Both the position numbers and the translations under genes were made by a program. Positions 9,871 to 20,059 of a DNA stretch of 64,000 bases are shown one piece after another (position 1 is the stretch's first letter; every line of letters starts with the position of its first letter). The notes below the pieces were generated by a model. The model saw only the letters and a program-made list of their open reading frames with translations. It searched no databases and was not told the origin of the DNA. Origin of the DNA: Candidatus Spongiisociaceae bacterium (GTDB taxonomy: Bacteria > Actinomycetota > Acidimicrobiia > Spongiisociales > Spongiisociaceae); NCBI GenBank assembly GCA_965219685.1, contig CBDCOH010000002.1:3392001-3456000 (forward strand), in the 5' to 3' direction.

Positions 9871-10871
9871 CAGACGGTCCCCGCGGTGTAGTGGACCCAT
9901 CGACGGCTCAACCGGAACTGGAGCCAGGTGACCAGCAGGATGATTATGAAGAGTGCCGTGGCCGTGGTGGCGCCGACTGCGAACAGGTTGTCACCCCAGA
10001 ACTGGCGGTACATGAGCATCGACAGGGTCTCGGTGGTTCTCGCCGGCCCGCCCTGGGTCAGGACGAAGATCGTGTTGAACTCGCGGAGCGCGAAGACCAG
10101 GGAGACGACCACCACGAACAGGATCGTCGGGGAGAGCACCGGAACCACGACCCGCCGGAGAATCTTCGGCTCGCTGGCGCCGTCCACACGGGCCGCGTCG
10201 AGCAGGTCCGGATCGATACGGGTCATACCGGCATACAGGATGAGGACGGTGAACCCCAGCATCTGCCAGAACCTGACCAGCACGAGGATGGCCATTGCGA
10301 CGCTCGGGCCTTCCGCCCAACCGGGCACGGTGGCGCCGAACCAACCTGCGACCATCTCGACAACACCGGTCGAGTCGAGAATCCACGACTGGCGCCTCAC
10401 GCCGAACGGCTGGAGCGAAGCATTCACAACGCCGGTCGGGCTCGGGGCGAATACGAGTCCCCACACGAGGCTCGTGGCAACAGTGGGAACGATGAAGGGG
10501 ACGAACAGCAGGAGCCGGTAGAGGTAGCTCTTGCGGATCACGTAGTGCAGCAAGTAGGCGACCGGAATGGACACGATGACCGTTACGGGCACCACGAAGG
10601 CGAAGAAGAAGGTCACCTTCACCGAGTTCCAGAAGTCCCCGCCCTGGAGCAGGTCTATGTAGTTCGCCAAGCCCACCCACTCGGCCCCGGCCAGGGTCCA
10701 GTCGGTGAGCGAGAGATAGATGTTGCGACCGGTCCCGTACAGGTGGAATACCCCGATCACCAGCAAGGCCGGCAGCACGAAGAGGATGGCCGTGCCCAGC
10801 GAACTGGTGCGGGAGGAACGCCGCCTACGCCATCGACCGGCGTAAGTCCGAAGCGACCTTGCCGAGACCAT
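9870..10871 (-). CDS. Carbohydrate ABC transporter permease
   Basis: EAA loop DLLDAARVDGAS; LTQGGP. Confidence 0.88.
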   Translation of the reverse strand: MVSARSLRTYAGRWRRRRSSRTSSLGTAILFVLPALLVIGVFHLYGTGRNIYLSLTDWTLAGAEWVGLANYIDLLQGGDFWNSVKVTFFFAFVVPVTVIVSIPVAYLLHYVIRKSYLYRLLLFVPFIVPTVATSLVWGLVFAPSPTGVVNASLQPFGVRRQSWILDSTGVVEMVAGWFGATVPGWAEGPSVAMAILVLVRFWQMLGFTVLILYAGMTRIDPDLLDAARVDGASEPKILRRVVVPVLSPTILFVVVVSLVFALREFNTIFVLTQGGPARTTETLSMLMYRQFWGDNLFAVGATTATALFIIILLVTWLQFRLSRRWVHYTAGTV

Positions 10872-10899
10872 ACGCTCACCCTCCTAGGCTGCTCTGATT

Positions 10900-11354
10900 A
10901 TGGCCCAATCGGAACCGGCCCGTAGGAGCCTCCGGAACCGCCGAAGGTCCACCTGCTTCTCCACTTGGTGGGTTTCCATGCGGCCGGGGACCCTCACCGA
11001 ACTGGCCGGGGAGAGCGGGACGGCGATGGCTCTCCCGGAGACCTTCGGCGACTTCAAGCACTTCCTCCGACCTGGCGAACCGGGCGATTCGCGAAGCCGG
11101 ACACCTCAGCCGGCTGGTCTTAGAGGTGGTCGAGGATGCCGCGGCCGCAGACAGCGGACTACTCCGGCGCCTCGCTCCTGTTCGGGAACTCGCTGCTCAG
11201 CGAGTACCAGTTGGCCCGCGACGTGTTCGGGTTCTCCGACCGCCGTATCGCCGCCGTCGCCGAAGCCTCGATCGTCCACAGCACAGCATCCCGAGCCCTC
11301 AAGTCGGGCGCTTCGGCAGGGATCCGCCAGTGGTTGGGCCACGATGAGCAGTAA
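10900..11354 (+). pseudogene. add: Adenosine deaminase relic (frameshifts plus large internal deletion)
   Basis: PKVHLLLHLVG-SMRPGTLTELA (N-terminal metal motif), RLVLEVVEDAAA and LLFGNSLLSEYQLARDVFGFSD appear in three different frames; most of the middle is missing. Confidence 0.7.
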
Positions 11355-11417
11355 CTACCGTCCCCATGGCGTGTCCCGGCTTGTACTCTCGCATCGCGAC
11401 ATCCTGGGAGCAATCGA

Positions 11418-12413
11418 ATGACAGAGTTGCTGAGGAAGCGACCTCTTGGGCGGACCGGTATTCGTGTCTCGCCGATCGGGATCGGCACGGGATCGTTAGG
11501 GGCCGACCCGGCGGTCGCCGACCCCGCCGGTGTCGACGAATTCGCCGTCGCGACCCTTCGAACCGCTCTCCGGTCCGGCCTGAACTACATCGACACGGCG
11601 CCCGGGTATCGGGGCGGCGCCAGCGACCGACGGGTCGGCATGGCCCTGCGCGACGGATGGCGCGACCGCGTCGTGCTGGCCACCAAGGTGGGCAGCCATC
11701 CGGACCGTCCGGGCGACATGACCGGCGAGGCCGCGGAATGGGTCATCGAGCAGAGCATGGAGATCATCGGGACCGGCTTCATCGATGTCGCCCTGGTCCA
11801 CGACCCCTCCGCCATGGCCCCGGTCTTGGAGCCGGGCGGCGCTGTCGCGGCCCTCGAGCGGTTGAAGGAGGAGGGCAAAGTCCGCGCCATCGGCCTGGGC
11901 GTCCAGAACCACGAGTTTCTCAGGACTGCGATCGAGTCGGGAAGGTTCGATGTGATCCAGAGCCCCTACGACTACAACCTGATGCGTACCACTGCCGAGC
12001 ACCTGCTCGACCTGGCGGCCGAACGAGGGCTGGGGGTCCTCAACGCGTCCCCGTTCCTGGCCGGACTCCTCTCCGGCGTCGATCCCGACGAGATAGTCGC
12101 CATCCGGGCCGCAACCGGCATGTGGAAGCTGAGAGCCCGTGACGTAGGACGGGCACGCCGGATCTGGGAGTGGGCGAGAGACCGGGATGCGGATCTACGG
12201 GCGCTGGCTATGCAGTTCTGCTTGCGGGAACAACGTATCGCCACGACCCTCATCGGGCCCCGGCGCCCCTCGGACGTGGTGGAGGATCTTGTCGCCGCCT
12301 CCAAGCCGGTACCCCGCGAGGACTGGGAGGCGCTGGCCGAGGTCCTTCCGACCTTCCCGCCGCCGGCTCCCGGAGGAGAGGCCGCAGTAGGGCCCTACCC
12401 GCCGAGTGACTGA
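11418..12413 (+). CDS. Aldo/keto reductase
   Basis: LGRTGIRVS, IDTAPGY, LATKVG and LKEEGKVRAIG motifs. Confidence 0.9.
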   Translation: MTELLRKRPLGRTGIRVSPIGIGTGSLGADPAVADPAGVDEFAVATLRTALRSGLNYIDTAPGYRGGASDRRVGMALRDGWRDRVVLATKVGSHPDRPGDMTGEAAEWVIEQSMEIIGTGFIDVALVHDPSAMAPVLEPGGAVAALERLKEEGKVRAIGLGVQNHEFLRTAIESGRFDVIQSPYDYNLMRTTAEHLLDLAAERGLGVLNASPFLAGLLSGVDPDEIVAIRAATGMWKLRARDVGRARRIWEWARDRDADLRALAMQFCLREQRIATTLIGPRRPSDVVEDLVAASKPVPREDWEALAEVLPTFPPPAPGGEAAVGPYPPSD

Positions 12414-12439
12414 ACTGCCTCTGGCTGGCGACTGGCTGT

Positions 12440-12522
12440 CCCGTTATCCGTTGCCCGTTGTTCGTTGGCCGTTGGCCGTTGGCCGTGGACGAGGGGCCGT
12501 GGACGGCAAACGGCGGACGGGG
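12440..12522. repeat. Degenerate 7-bp tandem repeats (CCGTTGG-type) followed by complementary ACGG-type units
   Basis: ccgttat ccgttgc ccgttgt tcgttgg ccgttgg ccgttgg ... ggacggc aaacggc ggacgg, between convergent genes. Confidence 0.7.
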
Positions 12523-12537
12523 AAACTGGTGGTTGCG

Positions 12538-15282
12538 TCAGGCTTGGTAGGCATCCGGGACAGGCGGTAGGGGCCTCGTGAGCCAGCGGGGGCGGCGGAG
12601 GCCCCCGGGTCCGGGTCCGGGACGGGTCCGGGCCATCCACTCCCGGTAGATGTCGTGGGACTTGGCCGTGTCCACGAAGACATCGCCGTATCGGTCTCCG
12701 GCTTCGGCAGGGCCCAGGCGGACGCGCTGATGCCAGGCATGCATGCCCGACACGGGATCGGGATGAACCGGGAAGGCCAGGTTCTGGTGTACACCGGGAT
12801 CGCGCCACCAGATCCGCTCGCTGTCGGGATCCTCAGACTGGAACGGTTCGATGCCGGTCTTGTGCCTCAGCAGCCAGCCACCCGCGGGGCGCTGGATGTC
12901 CACCAGGGCCGACGACCACCGCTCGTTGCCCATGCCGGCGTCGAGGCGCCACCTCCCCATGTGGTGGGATGCAGCCACCACACCCGGCCTGATCCCCTCG
13001 GTCCGCCAGGCTCGCATCACGAAGTAGCCGATGTCGGTGGATATTCGCACCAGGTCGCCGGTGGCGAATCCGAGCTGGTCGGCGTCGATGGAGTTCATCC
13101 AAAGCGGGTGGCCGTGGCTGATCTCGTACAGGTATTTGGCGTTGCCCGACCGGGTATGGATGAGGGTGGGCAGCCGGAAGATCGGCAGCAGGATGCGCTC
13201 GTCTCCCTCGAGGTCCAGATCGCGCCAGTACACGTGGGACTTGAGGTACGTGGGTATGGCAGCATCCGCCCAGTTCCAGGATTCGAGCGTCTCGGAGTGC
13301 CACTCGAGCAGGCGGGACGGCGAGGCGAATCCGCTCCTACGCTCTCCGTCGACATTCACCCCTGGCTGGTCGGCGCTCGCCGTCTCTTCGTTCAGGCGGT
13401 AGCGGTCGCGGTCGATTTCGAAGGCCCCGTACTTGCGCATGTACCCGAGCGGGGTCAGCCCTTCCTGCCGGGCCTGTTCAGGGAGCCCCGGCACCGAGTT
13501 GTCGAACATCCACCCGTAGTACTCGTCGACAGTCACCGGCCGGGAAGGGTCCGTGGGCGACTCGTACCACCTGCGCACGCCGAGCGATCCGTCCGGGTCG
13601 ATACGCCACGACAGGTCGATCCAGAACTCGTTCTCCTCCCACACCTCGCCCGGGTTGGCCTCGTAGGTGCGCTCGTACCGCTGTCCGGCCCGCTCTCCGG
13701 CCACCCGCAGCACCGGCTGGCGGAAACCGAGCCAGCGGGCTGCATGGGTCTCGTAGGAGTGGGTGTCGTGACGCTCGGCCCCGACCCCCATGGGCAGGAC
13801 GTAGTCGGCGAACCAGGCCGTCTCCGACCAGGTCGGGGTGAGGGCCACGTGGAGGCCGACCTTGTCCTCGTCGGTGAGTGCCTCGAGCCAGGTGAAGCCG
13901 TCGGGGTTGGTCCAGACAGGGTTGTAGACGCGGGTGAAGTAGACCTCGAGGCGTCCCCTCCCCTCCTTGAGGAAGTGCGGCAGGAGGTAGCTCAGCTCGT
14001 AGTGGCTGAGCGGGAACTCCGCCGGCCAGATCAACTCATTCCAGCGGTTGGCCGGGGGCGGCATGTTCCAGTGCTCGGGCTTGAACTTGTCCCATGCGCT
14101 CGGCGAGGTGCCGCCCTCCGTTCCCACCGATCCCGTGAGGACGTGGAGGAAGAAGAGGCAGCGGGCGACCTGCCAGCCACCGAGGTTCCCCGATCCGGCG
14201 GCCCGCCATGTGTGGGAGGCGAAGCGGGTTCCGGCCCCGGCGATACCACGGGCGACGGCCTCGATGCGTTCGGGATCCACCCCTGTCTCCGCGGCGGCGA
14301 ACTCGATCGTGTATTCGGCATAGGTCTCGCGCAGGAGTTCCACGAAGCTTTCGTAGGTGCGTGGGCGTTCCGGAGACCGAGCGGCCAGCGACGCCTCCCA
14401 GTTGACCCACCGGCGCATGAATCCGTGGTCGATGGCGTCCCACTCGATCAACCGGGCGGCGATGGCCAGGAGCATGGCCGCCTCGGTACCCGGCCACGGA
14501 GAGAGCCAGTGGTCGGACATCGACGCGGTATTCGAGAGCCGCGGGTCGATGGTGGCCACCTGCGCCCCCGCCTGGCGGGCCTCGATTATGCGCTGGGCGT
14601 GAGGGTTGAAATAGTGCCCGGACTCGAGTTGGGCCGATAGCAGGAGGATGAAGCGGGCGTTGGCGAAGTCGGCGGACGGGCGGTCGTATCCCATCCACAT
14701 GGCGTAGCCGGTGCGGGCCCCCGACGAGCAGATGTTGGTGTGGCTGTTGTGACCGTCCACGCCCCAGGACCGGAGTATGCGGTCGATGAAGCCGTCCTCT
14801 CCGGGCCGTCCCACGTGGTAGATGATCTCGTCGTGGCGGTCCTCGACCAGCGCGGTGCGGATCCGGGAAGCGATGTCCTGGAGGGCGTCCTCCCAGGAGA
14901 CCTGTTCCCAGTTCCCTCCACCGCGGGCACCGGCCCTGCGCAGCGGGTGGAGAATCCTCTCCGGGTCGTACATCTGGTTGATGGTCGCCGGGCCCTTGGC
15001 ACAGTTGCGGCCCCTCGATCCGGGATGCTCAGGGTTGCCCTCGAAGCGCCGCACCCGACCGTTGTCCTTGTCGACGTAGGCCAGCAGCCCGCACCCGGCC
15101 TCGCAGTTGAAACATGTGGTCGGGACCAGGCGGTAACGTCGCTTGACCCGCTCGGGCCACGCCTTGGCGTCGTACTCCTCCCAGTCGTCCCAGGAGTCGG
15201 TCGGGGGGAAGGGCACCAGGCCACTCCCTGGAACCAGTCGCGGCAGGGCATCCGAGGCGGGCCGGTCCTTCTCCATCGTCAT
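12538..15282 (-). CDS. Molybdopterin (DMSO reductase superfamily) catalytic subunit, no Tat signal
   Basis: TCFNCEAGC...NCAKG 4Fe-4S motif, PTWSETAWFADYVLP and C-terminal MGD-binding domain. Confidence 0.88.
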   Translation of the reverse strand: MTMEKDRPASDALPRLVPGSGLVPFPPTDSWDDWEEYDAKAWPERVKRRYRLVPTTCFNCEAGCGLLAYVDKDNGRVRRFEGNPEHPGSRGRNCAKGPATINQMYDPERILHPLRRAGARGGGNWEQVSWEDALQDIASRIRTALVEDRHDEIIYHVGRPGEDGFIDRILRSWGVDGHNSHTNICSSGARTGYAMWMGYDRPSADFANARFILLLSAQLESGHYFNPHAQRIIEARQAGAQVATIDPRLSNTASMSDHWLSPWPGTEAAMLLAIAARLIEWDAIDHGFMRRWVNWEASLAARSPERPRTYESFVELLRETYAEYTIEFAAAETGVDPERIEAVARGIAGAGTRFASHTWRAAGSGNLGGWQVARCLFFLHVLTGSVGTEGGTSPSAWDKFKPEHWNMPPPANRWNELIWPAEFPLSHYELSYLLPHFLKEGRGRLEVYFTRVYNPVWTNPDGFTWLEALTDEDKVGLHVALTPTWSETAWFADYVLPMGVGAERHDTHSYETHAARWLGFRQPVLRVAGERAGQRYERTYEANPGEVWEENEFWIDLSWRIDPDGSLGVRRWYESPTDPSRPVTVDEYYGWMFDNSVPGLPEQARQEGLTPLGYMRKYGAFEIDRDRYRLNEETASADQPGVNVDGERRSGFASPSRLLEWHSETLESWNWADAAIPTYLKSHVYWRDLDLEGDERILLPIFRLPTLIHTRSGNAKYLYEISHGHPLWMNSIDADQLGFATGDLVRISTDIGYFVMRAWRTEGIRPGVVAASHHMGRWRLDAGMGNERWSSALVDIQRPAGGWLLRHKTGIEPFQSEDPDSERIWWRDPGVHQNLAFPVHPDPVSGMHAWHQRVRLGPAEAGDRYGDVFVDTAKSHDIYREWMARTRPGPGPGGLRRPRWLTRPLPPVPDAYQA

Positions 15283-15295
15283 CTCCGTCTTCCCT

Positions 15296-16876
15296 TCATG
15301 ACAGGGGCACGCTCTGGCCCGCCCTGACGAAGGCGTCGTCGGCGAACCAGATGCCGACTAGAGCCGCGAGGCCTCCCAGTTCGGCCACCCACAGAGGAAC
15401 GCCGGAGCCTGCGAGGAAGACCGCGCCGAGCACCAGGGGTATCGCCACCCCGACCACTTGGCCTCCTAGCCACCACTCTCTCGCGTGGGCGCCCCTGGTC
15501 AGATGGTGCATGGCCGCGGCATGGTTGCGGGTCGGGTGCCGAGTGACAAGCTCGACCGCCCCGATCAGCGCCAGCGCCGCCGTGCCGCCCACGAGTGCCC
15601 ACGCGAACGTGCGCTGGGCGGCGGGCTCCAGATCGAAGGCCGCGGCAGCCAGGAGCCCGACCGCACCTCCCACCGCGAAGGCACCCGCCAGCATGTGCCA
15701 CAGGAGCGTCTGGCTCTGCCAGAGGTCCCGACCTTCGGCCTGGCCGAACAGGAATGCGGTGTACCCGGCCACGCCCAAGCCGCCCGCCGCCGCCGCCCAG
15801 ATGAACACCGTCACGGAACCGGCGGCGGCAATGCCGAACAAGAACCACAGGCCGAGGATCACCGCCTGGGCGGCCAGGATCCAGGCGCCCCTGACCAGCC
15901 AAGACCCCGTGTTGCCCCTCGTCAAGAGGTAGTGGAACCGGTCGGGTCGCTTGAGATCCCAGACCAGCAGCACGCCGGTGAGGGCCAGGAAGATCCCGGC
16001 GATCAACGGTGCTCCCCACCGAGCGAACGGGTTGTCCACACCGGCGCCTGACAGCAGCGAGAGAGCCAGGACCATGACGATGCCCGCCGAGATGCCCTTG
16101 GTGAGGAAGTAGCTCGACACCCGCCATCCCCAAGGCATCGGATGGTCGGTGTTGTAGACAACGCGGGGAGGGGCGTCCTTCCGGTGTCCGTGGGAGGATG
16201 CCCGGTCCTTCTTCCGCCCGTTGCCACGGGTGCCGTCCGGAGGCGTCAGGTCGACGGTCATGAACGACGGCGCAGGGTCGCGCCAGATACCCCCGTCGCC
16301 CGGGTCGACGGCGCCCAACGGGTCGATTCCGGCCTCCTCAACCCCCCGGTACCACAGGTTGGGTGCGGTGTTCTGCTCGGGGGACCGCTGGAGCAGGCGT
16401 TCGGCGTGGACTAGCTGGGAGATAGGGGTGGTCGGGTCGTCGAGGTCGCCCGAGATGATCGCTCCTTCGGGACACACCACCACACAGGCCGGCTCGAGTC
16501 CCACCTCGACCCGGTGCACGCAGTAGTTGCACTTCTGGGCCGTGTGATCGTGTGGATCGATGTACAAGGCGTCGTAGGGACATGCCTGCATGCAGCTCTT
16601 GCACCCGATACAGAGACTGGTGTCGAAATCGACTATCCCGTCCTCTCGCCGGAAGAGCGCGTTGGTGGGGCAGATCGACACGCAGGGGGCGTCCGTGCAG
16701 TGGTTGCACCGCATGACCGAGAAGGACCGCTTCGTGTCGGGCCAGGTTCCCGTCTCGATGTACTTGACCCAGGTGCGGTCAACCCCCAGAGGGACGTCGT
16801 GCTCGGTCTTGCACGCCACCGTGCACGCGTGGCAGCCGATACACGCCGTCTGGTCGATGACGAAACCGAATTGCAA
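15296..16876 (-). CDS. Fused 4Fe-4S ferredoxin (NrfC/DmsB) + NrfD/PsrC membrane anchor
   Basis: Four Cys clusters (CIGCHACTVAC, CNHCTDAPC, CIGCKSCMQAC, CNYC), then a multi-TM domain with DLKRPDRF. Confidence 0.9.
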   Translation of the reverse strand: MQFGFVIDQTACIGCHACTVACKTEHDVPLGVDRTWVKYIETGTWPDTKRSFSVMRCNHCTDAPCVSICPTNALFRREDGIVDFDTSLCIGCKSCMQACPYDALYIDPHDHTAQKCNYCVHRVEVGLEPACVVVCPEGAIISGDLDDPTTPISQLVHAERLLQRSPEQNTAPNLWYRGVEEAGIDPLGAVDPGDGGIWRDPAPSFMTVDLTPPDGTRGNGRKKDRASSHGHRKDAPPRVVYNTDHPMPWGWRVSSYFLTKGISAGIVMVLALSLLSGAGVDNPFARWGAPLIAGIFLALTGVLLVWDLKRPDRFHYLLTRGNTGSWLVRGAWILAAQAVILGLWFLFGIAAAGSVTVFIWAAAAGGLGVAGYTAFLFGQAEGRDLWQSQTLLWHMLAGAFAVGGAVGLLAAAAFDLEPAAQRTFAWALVGGTAALALIGAVELVTRHPTRNHAAAMHHLTRGAHAREWWLGGQVVGVAIPLVLGAVFLAGSGVPLWVAELGGLAALVGIWFADDAFVRAGQSVPLS

Positions 16877-17053
16877 GCTGTGCCCTCCGTGACGGACCCG
16901 CCGGTGTCTCCGGCGATCTCACGCTGGGTTGAACAATAACGCCAACCCACGCACAGGCGGCGATCTTGGATGAGCCGCGCCTTCTCATCCAGTAGCAACG
17001 CCCTGGCCCGCCGATGACTCGCACGGACCAAGGTGTGCGGTGGAATGGACCGA

Positions 17054-17374
17054 CTAGAGATCGAGTTGGACCCGGATTGCCCTATCCACATCTGCCAGGT
17101 CGGCATCCGAGAGGCGGCCCATCATCCTGTGCAGCCGAGCCTTGGACGCGGTGGTGATCTGGTCGGCCTTCGCCTTGTGTCGCTTACCCGTCACGTCGAC
17201 GTAGGCCTCGCTCGGATAGAGGCGGGACACGTTGGAGGTGATCGGGACCACCTGGACACGGTTCAACGCCCGATTCGCTGCGTCGTTGCTGACCACGACG
17301 GCCGGTCGCGTCTTGCGGACCTCTCCTCCGGGAGCAGGATCGAACGTCACCCACCAGACGTCACCGCGGTTCAT
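17054..17374 (-). CDS. mazF: MazF/PemK-family toxin
   Basis: [13 protein letters not shown]...[16 protein letters not shown]; overlaps the antitoxin 3' end. Confidence 0.92.
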   Translation of the reverse strand: MNRGDVWWVTFDPAPGGEVRKTRPAVVVSNDAANRALNRVQVVPITSNVSRLYPSEAYVDVTGKRHKAKADQITTASKARLHRMMGRLSDADLADVDRAIRVQLDL

Positions 17375-17588
17375 CGGCGGCATCGCCTATCAGTCCTTCG
17401 GACCATGCCAAAGCCGCAGACTCCCGGGCCTCGTCGGCTGCCATCTCGCGGTATGCAGCCTCTAGATCGGCGTCGACCACGTGCGGGCGTGCCAGACCTT
17501 CGAGAAACCTGCTGATCTTTCTGGGGCCGACCCGCCGATAAAGGCCCGCGTAGACCTCGTCGTCGATGGTGATCGTCAGCTTCTTCAT
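17361..17588 (-). CDS. Antitoxin (RHH-like) paired with MazF
   Basis: [14 protein letters not shown]-terminus, acidic C-terminus, directly upstream of the toxin. Confidence 0.85.
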   Translation of the reverse strand: MKKLTITIDDEVYAGLYRRVGPRKISRFLEGLARPHVVDADLEAAYREMAADEARESAALAWSEGLIGDAADEPR

Positions 17589-17608
17589 ACACGTATACTA
17601 CACGTGTA
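17589..17608 (-). promoter_or_regulatory. Probable leaderless promoter/operator of the TA operon
   Basis: Perfect palindrome TACACGTGTA (17599-17608), repeated TACACGT, and a -10-like TAGTAT 6 nt before the ATG. Confidence 0.5.
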
Positions 17609-17735
17609 ACCGCCCCGGACAGCCGAACTCAAGACCCATTAACCAGCCGAAGGAGAGCGACCCTCCTCCGCTCTTGTAGGTGTGCCAGGCGATTACGGTC
17701 ACTCCTCCGCTCCTTCGACATGAACGGTTGGCGCC

Positions 17736-19448
17736 CTACCCGCTGCTGTACTTGGCGTACTTCTCCAGGAGCCGGACCGGTTTCTGGAGCGCGTCGCGGC
17801 GGAACGGCTCACCGAGTTCCTGGCTCACCTGGATCTCGAGGACGGTGGGCCGCTCGGACTCGACCGCGGCTCGCAGAGCGTCTCCGACCTCTCCCGGCTT
17901 CTCCACCATGACACCCTCGGCGCCCATGGCGCGGCCGATGGCCGCGAAACTGGGATTCTCCAGCATGGTCGCCACGTAGCGGTCGTCGTAGAAGTCGATC
18001 TGGTTGCGCTTCTCGGCGCCCCACTGGCGGTTGTTGAACACGCATGCCACCACCGGGATGTTCTCCCGGACGCAGGTCAGCACCTCGGCCAGGCTCATCC
18101 CCCAGGCCCCGTCCCCGACGTACGCGATGGCGGGCCGCTCCGGCGCGGCGACCTTGGCGCCCATCGCGGTGGGGAACGCGTAGCCGCAGTTCCCGAACAT
18201 CATCGCCGCGAACATGCTGTTGGGCCGGTCGAAGCTCAGGTACGAGTTGGCCACCGAGCAGATGTTGCCGATGTCGGTGGTGACCATGGCATTCGCCGGC
18301 ATGGCCAGCTCCAGTTCCCTCAGCGCGGTACGGGGCGCCATCGGCACGTCCCGAGAGGAGGAGATGGAATCGAGTTCCCGGGACCAGGCCTCCTTCTCCG
18401 CCCGGACCCGGGCCAAACGTTCGGCCCGGTTGGCCTCGGCGCTGCGCTCAACGCCTGCCAGCCTCCTCGCCAACTCGGCCGCCACAGCACCAGCATCCCC
18501 GTGGATGGCCACATCGGCCGGCTTGACCAGCCCTAGCGTCCGGTGGTCGGAGTCGACCTGGATGAGTCGGGCGTCCTCCGGCCAGTACTCGATGCCGTAC
18601 TGGGGCAGCGTGCCGAACGGCCCCAACCGAGTACCCAGGGCCAGGATCACGTCCGCCTGCGAAACGATCCTCATCGCTGCCTTGGAACCCTGGTAACCGA
18701 TCGGTCCACATGCCAGTTCATGGCTGGCCGGGAACGCATCGTTATGGAGGTAGGAACATATGACGGGGGCTCCCAGCAACTCGGCCAACGCCACTGCGGC
18801 GGCCTGCCCTCCGCCCATCACCACGCCCCCTCCCGCCATCACCACCGGGAAGCGGGCCTCGGCCAGGAGCCGCGAAGCAGCAGTCAGACCTTCCGGGCCA
18901 CCGGACGAACGCTCGATCACCAGAGGATCCCTGATGTCGAAGTCGGCCTCGCCGTAGAAGAAGTCACGCGGGATGTTGATCTGCACCGGGCCCCGCTCCG
19001 CCATCGCCAGGGTGAAAGCCCGATGGGTTAGCTCCGCGATCCGTTCGAAGCGCTTGACCTCGACCTGGTACTTGGTGATCTTCGAGAAGATCGGCATCTG
19101 ATCGGTCTCTTGGAAGCCGCCCAGGCCCTCCCCCATCGAACCGGCCTGCGGGGTGACCGCGACAACGGGCGAGTGGGCCCAGAAGGCCGCGGCGATGGCC
19201 GTGACGAAGTTGGTGATACCCGGACCGTTCTGGCCGATGCAGACGCCATGCCGGTTGGACACCCGGCTGTAGCCGTCGGCCATGTGGGCGGCGTTCTGCT
19301 CGTGGGCAACCGGCCAGAACCGGATACCGGCGGGCTCGAAGATGTCGAGGGCCTCCATGAAGGCCGACCCGACGATCCCGAATACATCTGTGACCCCCTG
19401 GGCGGCGAGGGTCTCGACAAAGGCCTCGCTAGCGGTCATCCGCACCAT
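17736..19448 (-). CDS. xsc: Sulfoacetaldehyde acetyltransferase (ThDP-dependent)
   Basis: MTASEAFVE...FGIVGSAFM, QNGPGITN, GDGAWGMS, QWGAEKRNQ and ELGEPFRRDAL are Xsc signature segments. Confidence 0.9.
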   Translation of the reverse strand: MVRMTASEAFVETLAAQGVTDVFGIVGSAFMEALDIFEPAGIRFWPVAHEQNAAHMADGYSRVSNRHGVCIGQNGPGITNFVTAIAAAFWAHSPVVAVTPQAGSMGEGLGGFQETDQMPIFSKITKYQVEVKRFERIAELTHRAFTLAMAERGPVQINIPRDFFYGEADFDIRDPLVIERSSGGPEGLTAASRLLAEARFPVVMAGGGVVMGGGQAAAVALAELLGAPVICSYLHNDAFPASHELACGPIGYQGSKAAMRIVSQADVILALGTRLGPFGTLPQYGIEYWPEDARLIQVDSDHRTLGLVKPADVAIHGDAGAVAAELARRLAGVERSAEANRAERLARVRAEKEAWSRELDSISSSRDVPMAPRTALRELELAMPANAMVTTDIGNICSVANSYLSFDRPNSMFAAMMFGNCGYAFPTAMGAKVAAPERPAIAYVGDGAWGMSLAEVLTCVRENIPVVACVFNNRQWGAEKRNQIDFYDDRYVATMLENPSFAAIGRAMGAEGVMVEKPGEVGDALRAAVESERPTVLEIQVSQELGEPFRRDALQKPVRLLEKYAKYSSG

Positions 19449-19614
19449 CATCATCCTCCTCCGTAGGCAAGCGAGAGGCACCGTGCTTCGTTGGTCACCC
19501 GGCTTGAAGTCGCCGGGCTGGATTGCCCACCCCGGCCCCCTGAAGGGTAACCAGCCGTATAGTGCTGAGCACACTATCCGGGTCGAGGTCCGCTACCGGA
19601 GGCAGAGAAGGCAA

Positions 19615-20052
19615 ATGGATGCCGTAGAGGAACTGCAGGCCGTCGAGGAGATAAAGCGCCTCAAGGCTCGCTACTGCCGCTTTGTCGACCTGAACCGCCG
19701 CGACGATCTGCGGGACCTGTTCACCGAGGACATCGTCTACGAGTTCCAGGGATGGAGACAGGGGCAGGGGGCCGACTCGTTCGCAGGCTCCGCCGAGGAC
19801 TTCGCCGACCGTCTCTCCTTCCACCGGGTATCGATGCCTGACATCGAGATCCTCTCCGAAACGACCGCCCGCGGCGTCTGGGCGATGGTGGACATCATCG
19901 AGTACCCGCCGACTTCGGGGAAGCAAGGCTCCCGGGGATTCGGCTGGTATCACGAGGAGTACCGCAAGGTGGACGGTATGTGGAAGATCTCGTCCCTGCT
20001 GCTGGTCCGCCACCGAAGCGAGGAACTGGGCGCCCGCAACACCCGGGCATGA
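19615..20052 (+). CDS. SnoaL/NTF2-like protein
   Basis: EEIKRLKARYCRFVD, ARGVWAM, GWYHEEYRKVDGMWKI. Confidence 0.85.
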   Translation: MDAVEELQAVEEIKRLKARYCRFVDLNRRDDLRDLFTEDIVYEFQGWRQGQGADSFAGSAEDFADRLSFHRVSMPDIEILSETTARGVWAMVDIIEYPPTSGKQGSRGFGWYHEEYRKVDGMWKISSLLLVRHRSEELGARNTRA

Positions 20053-20059
20053 GATCACC

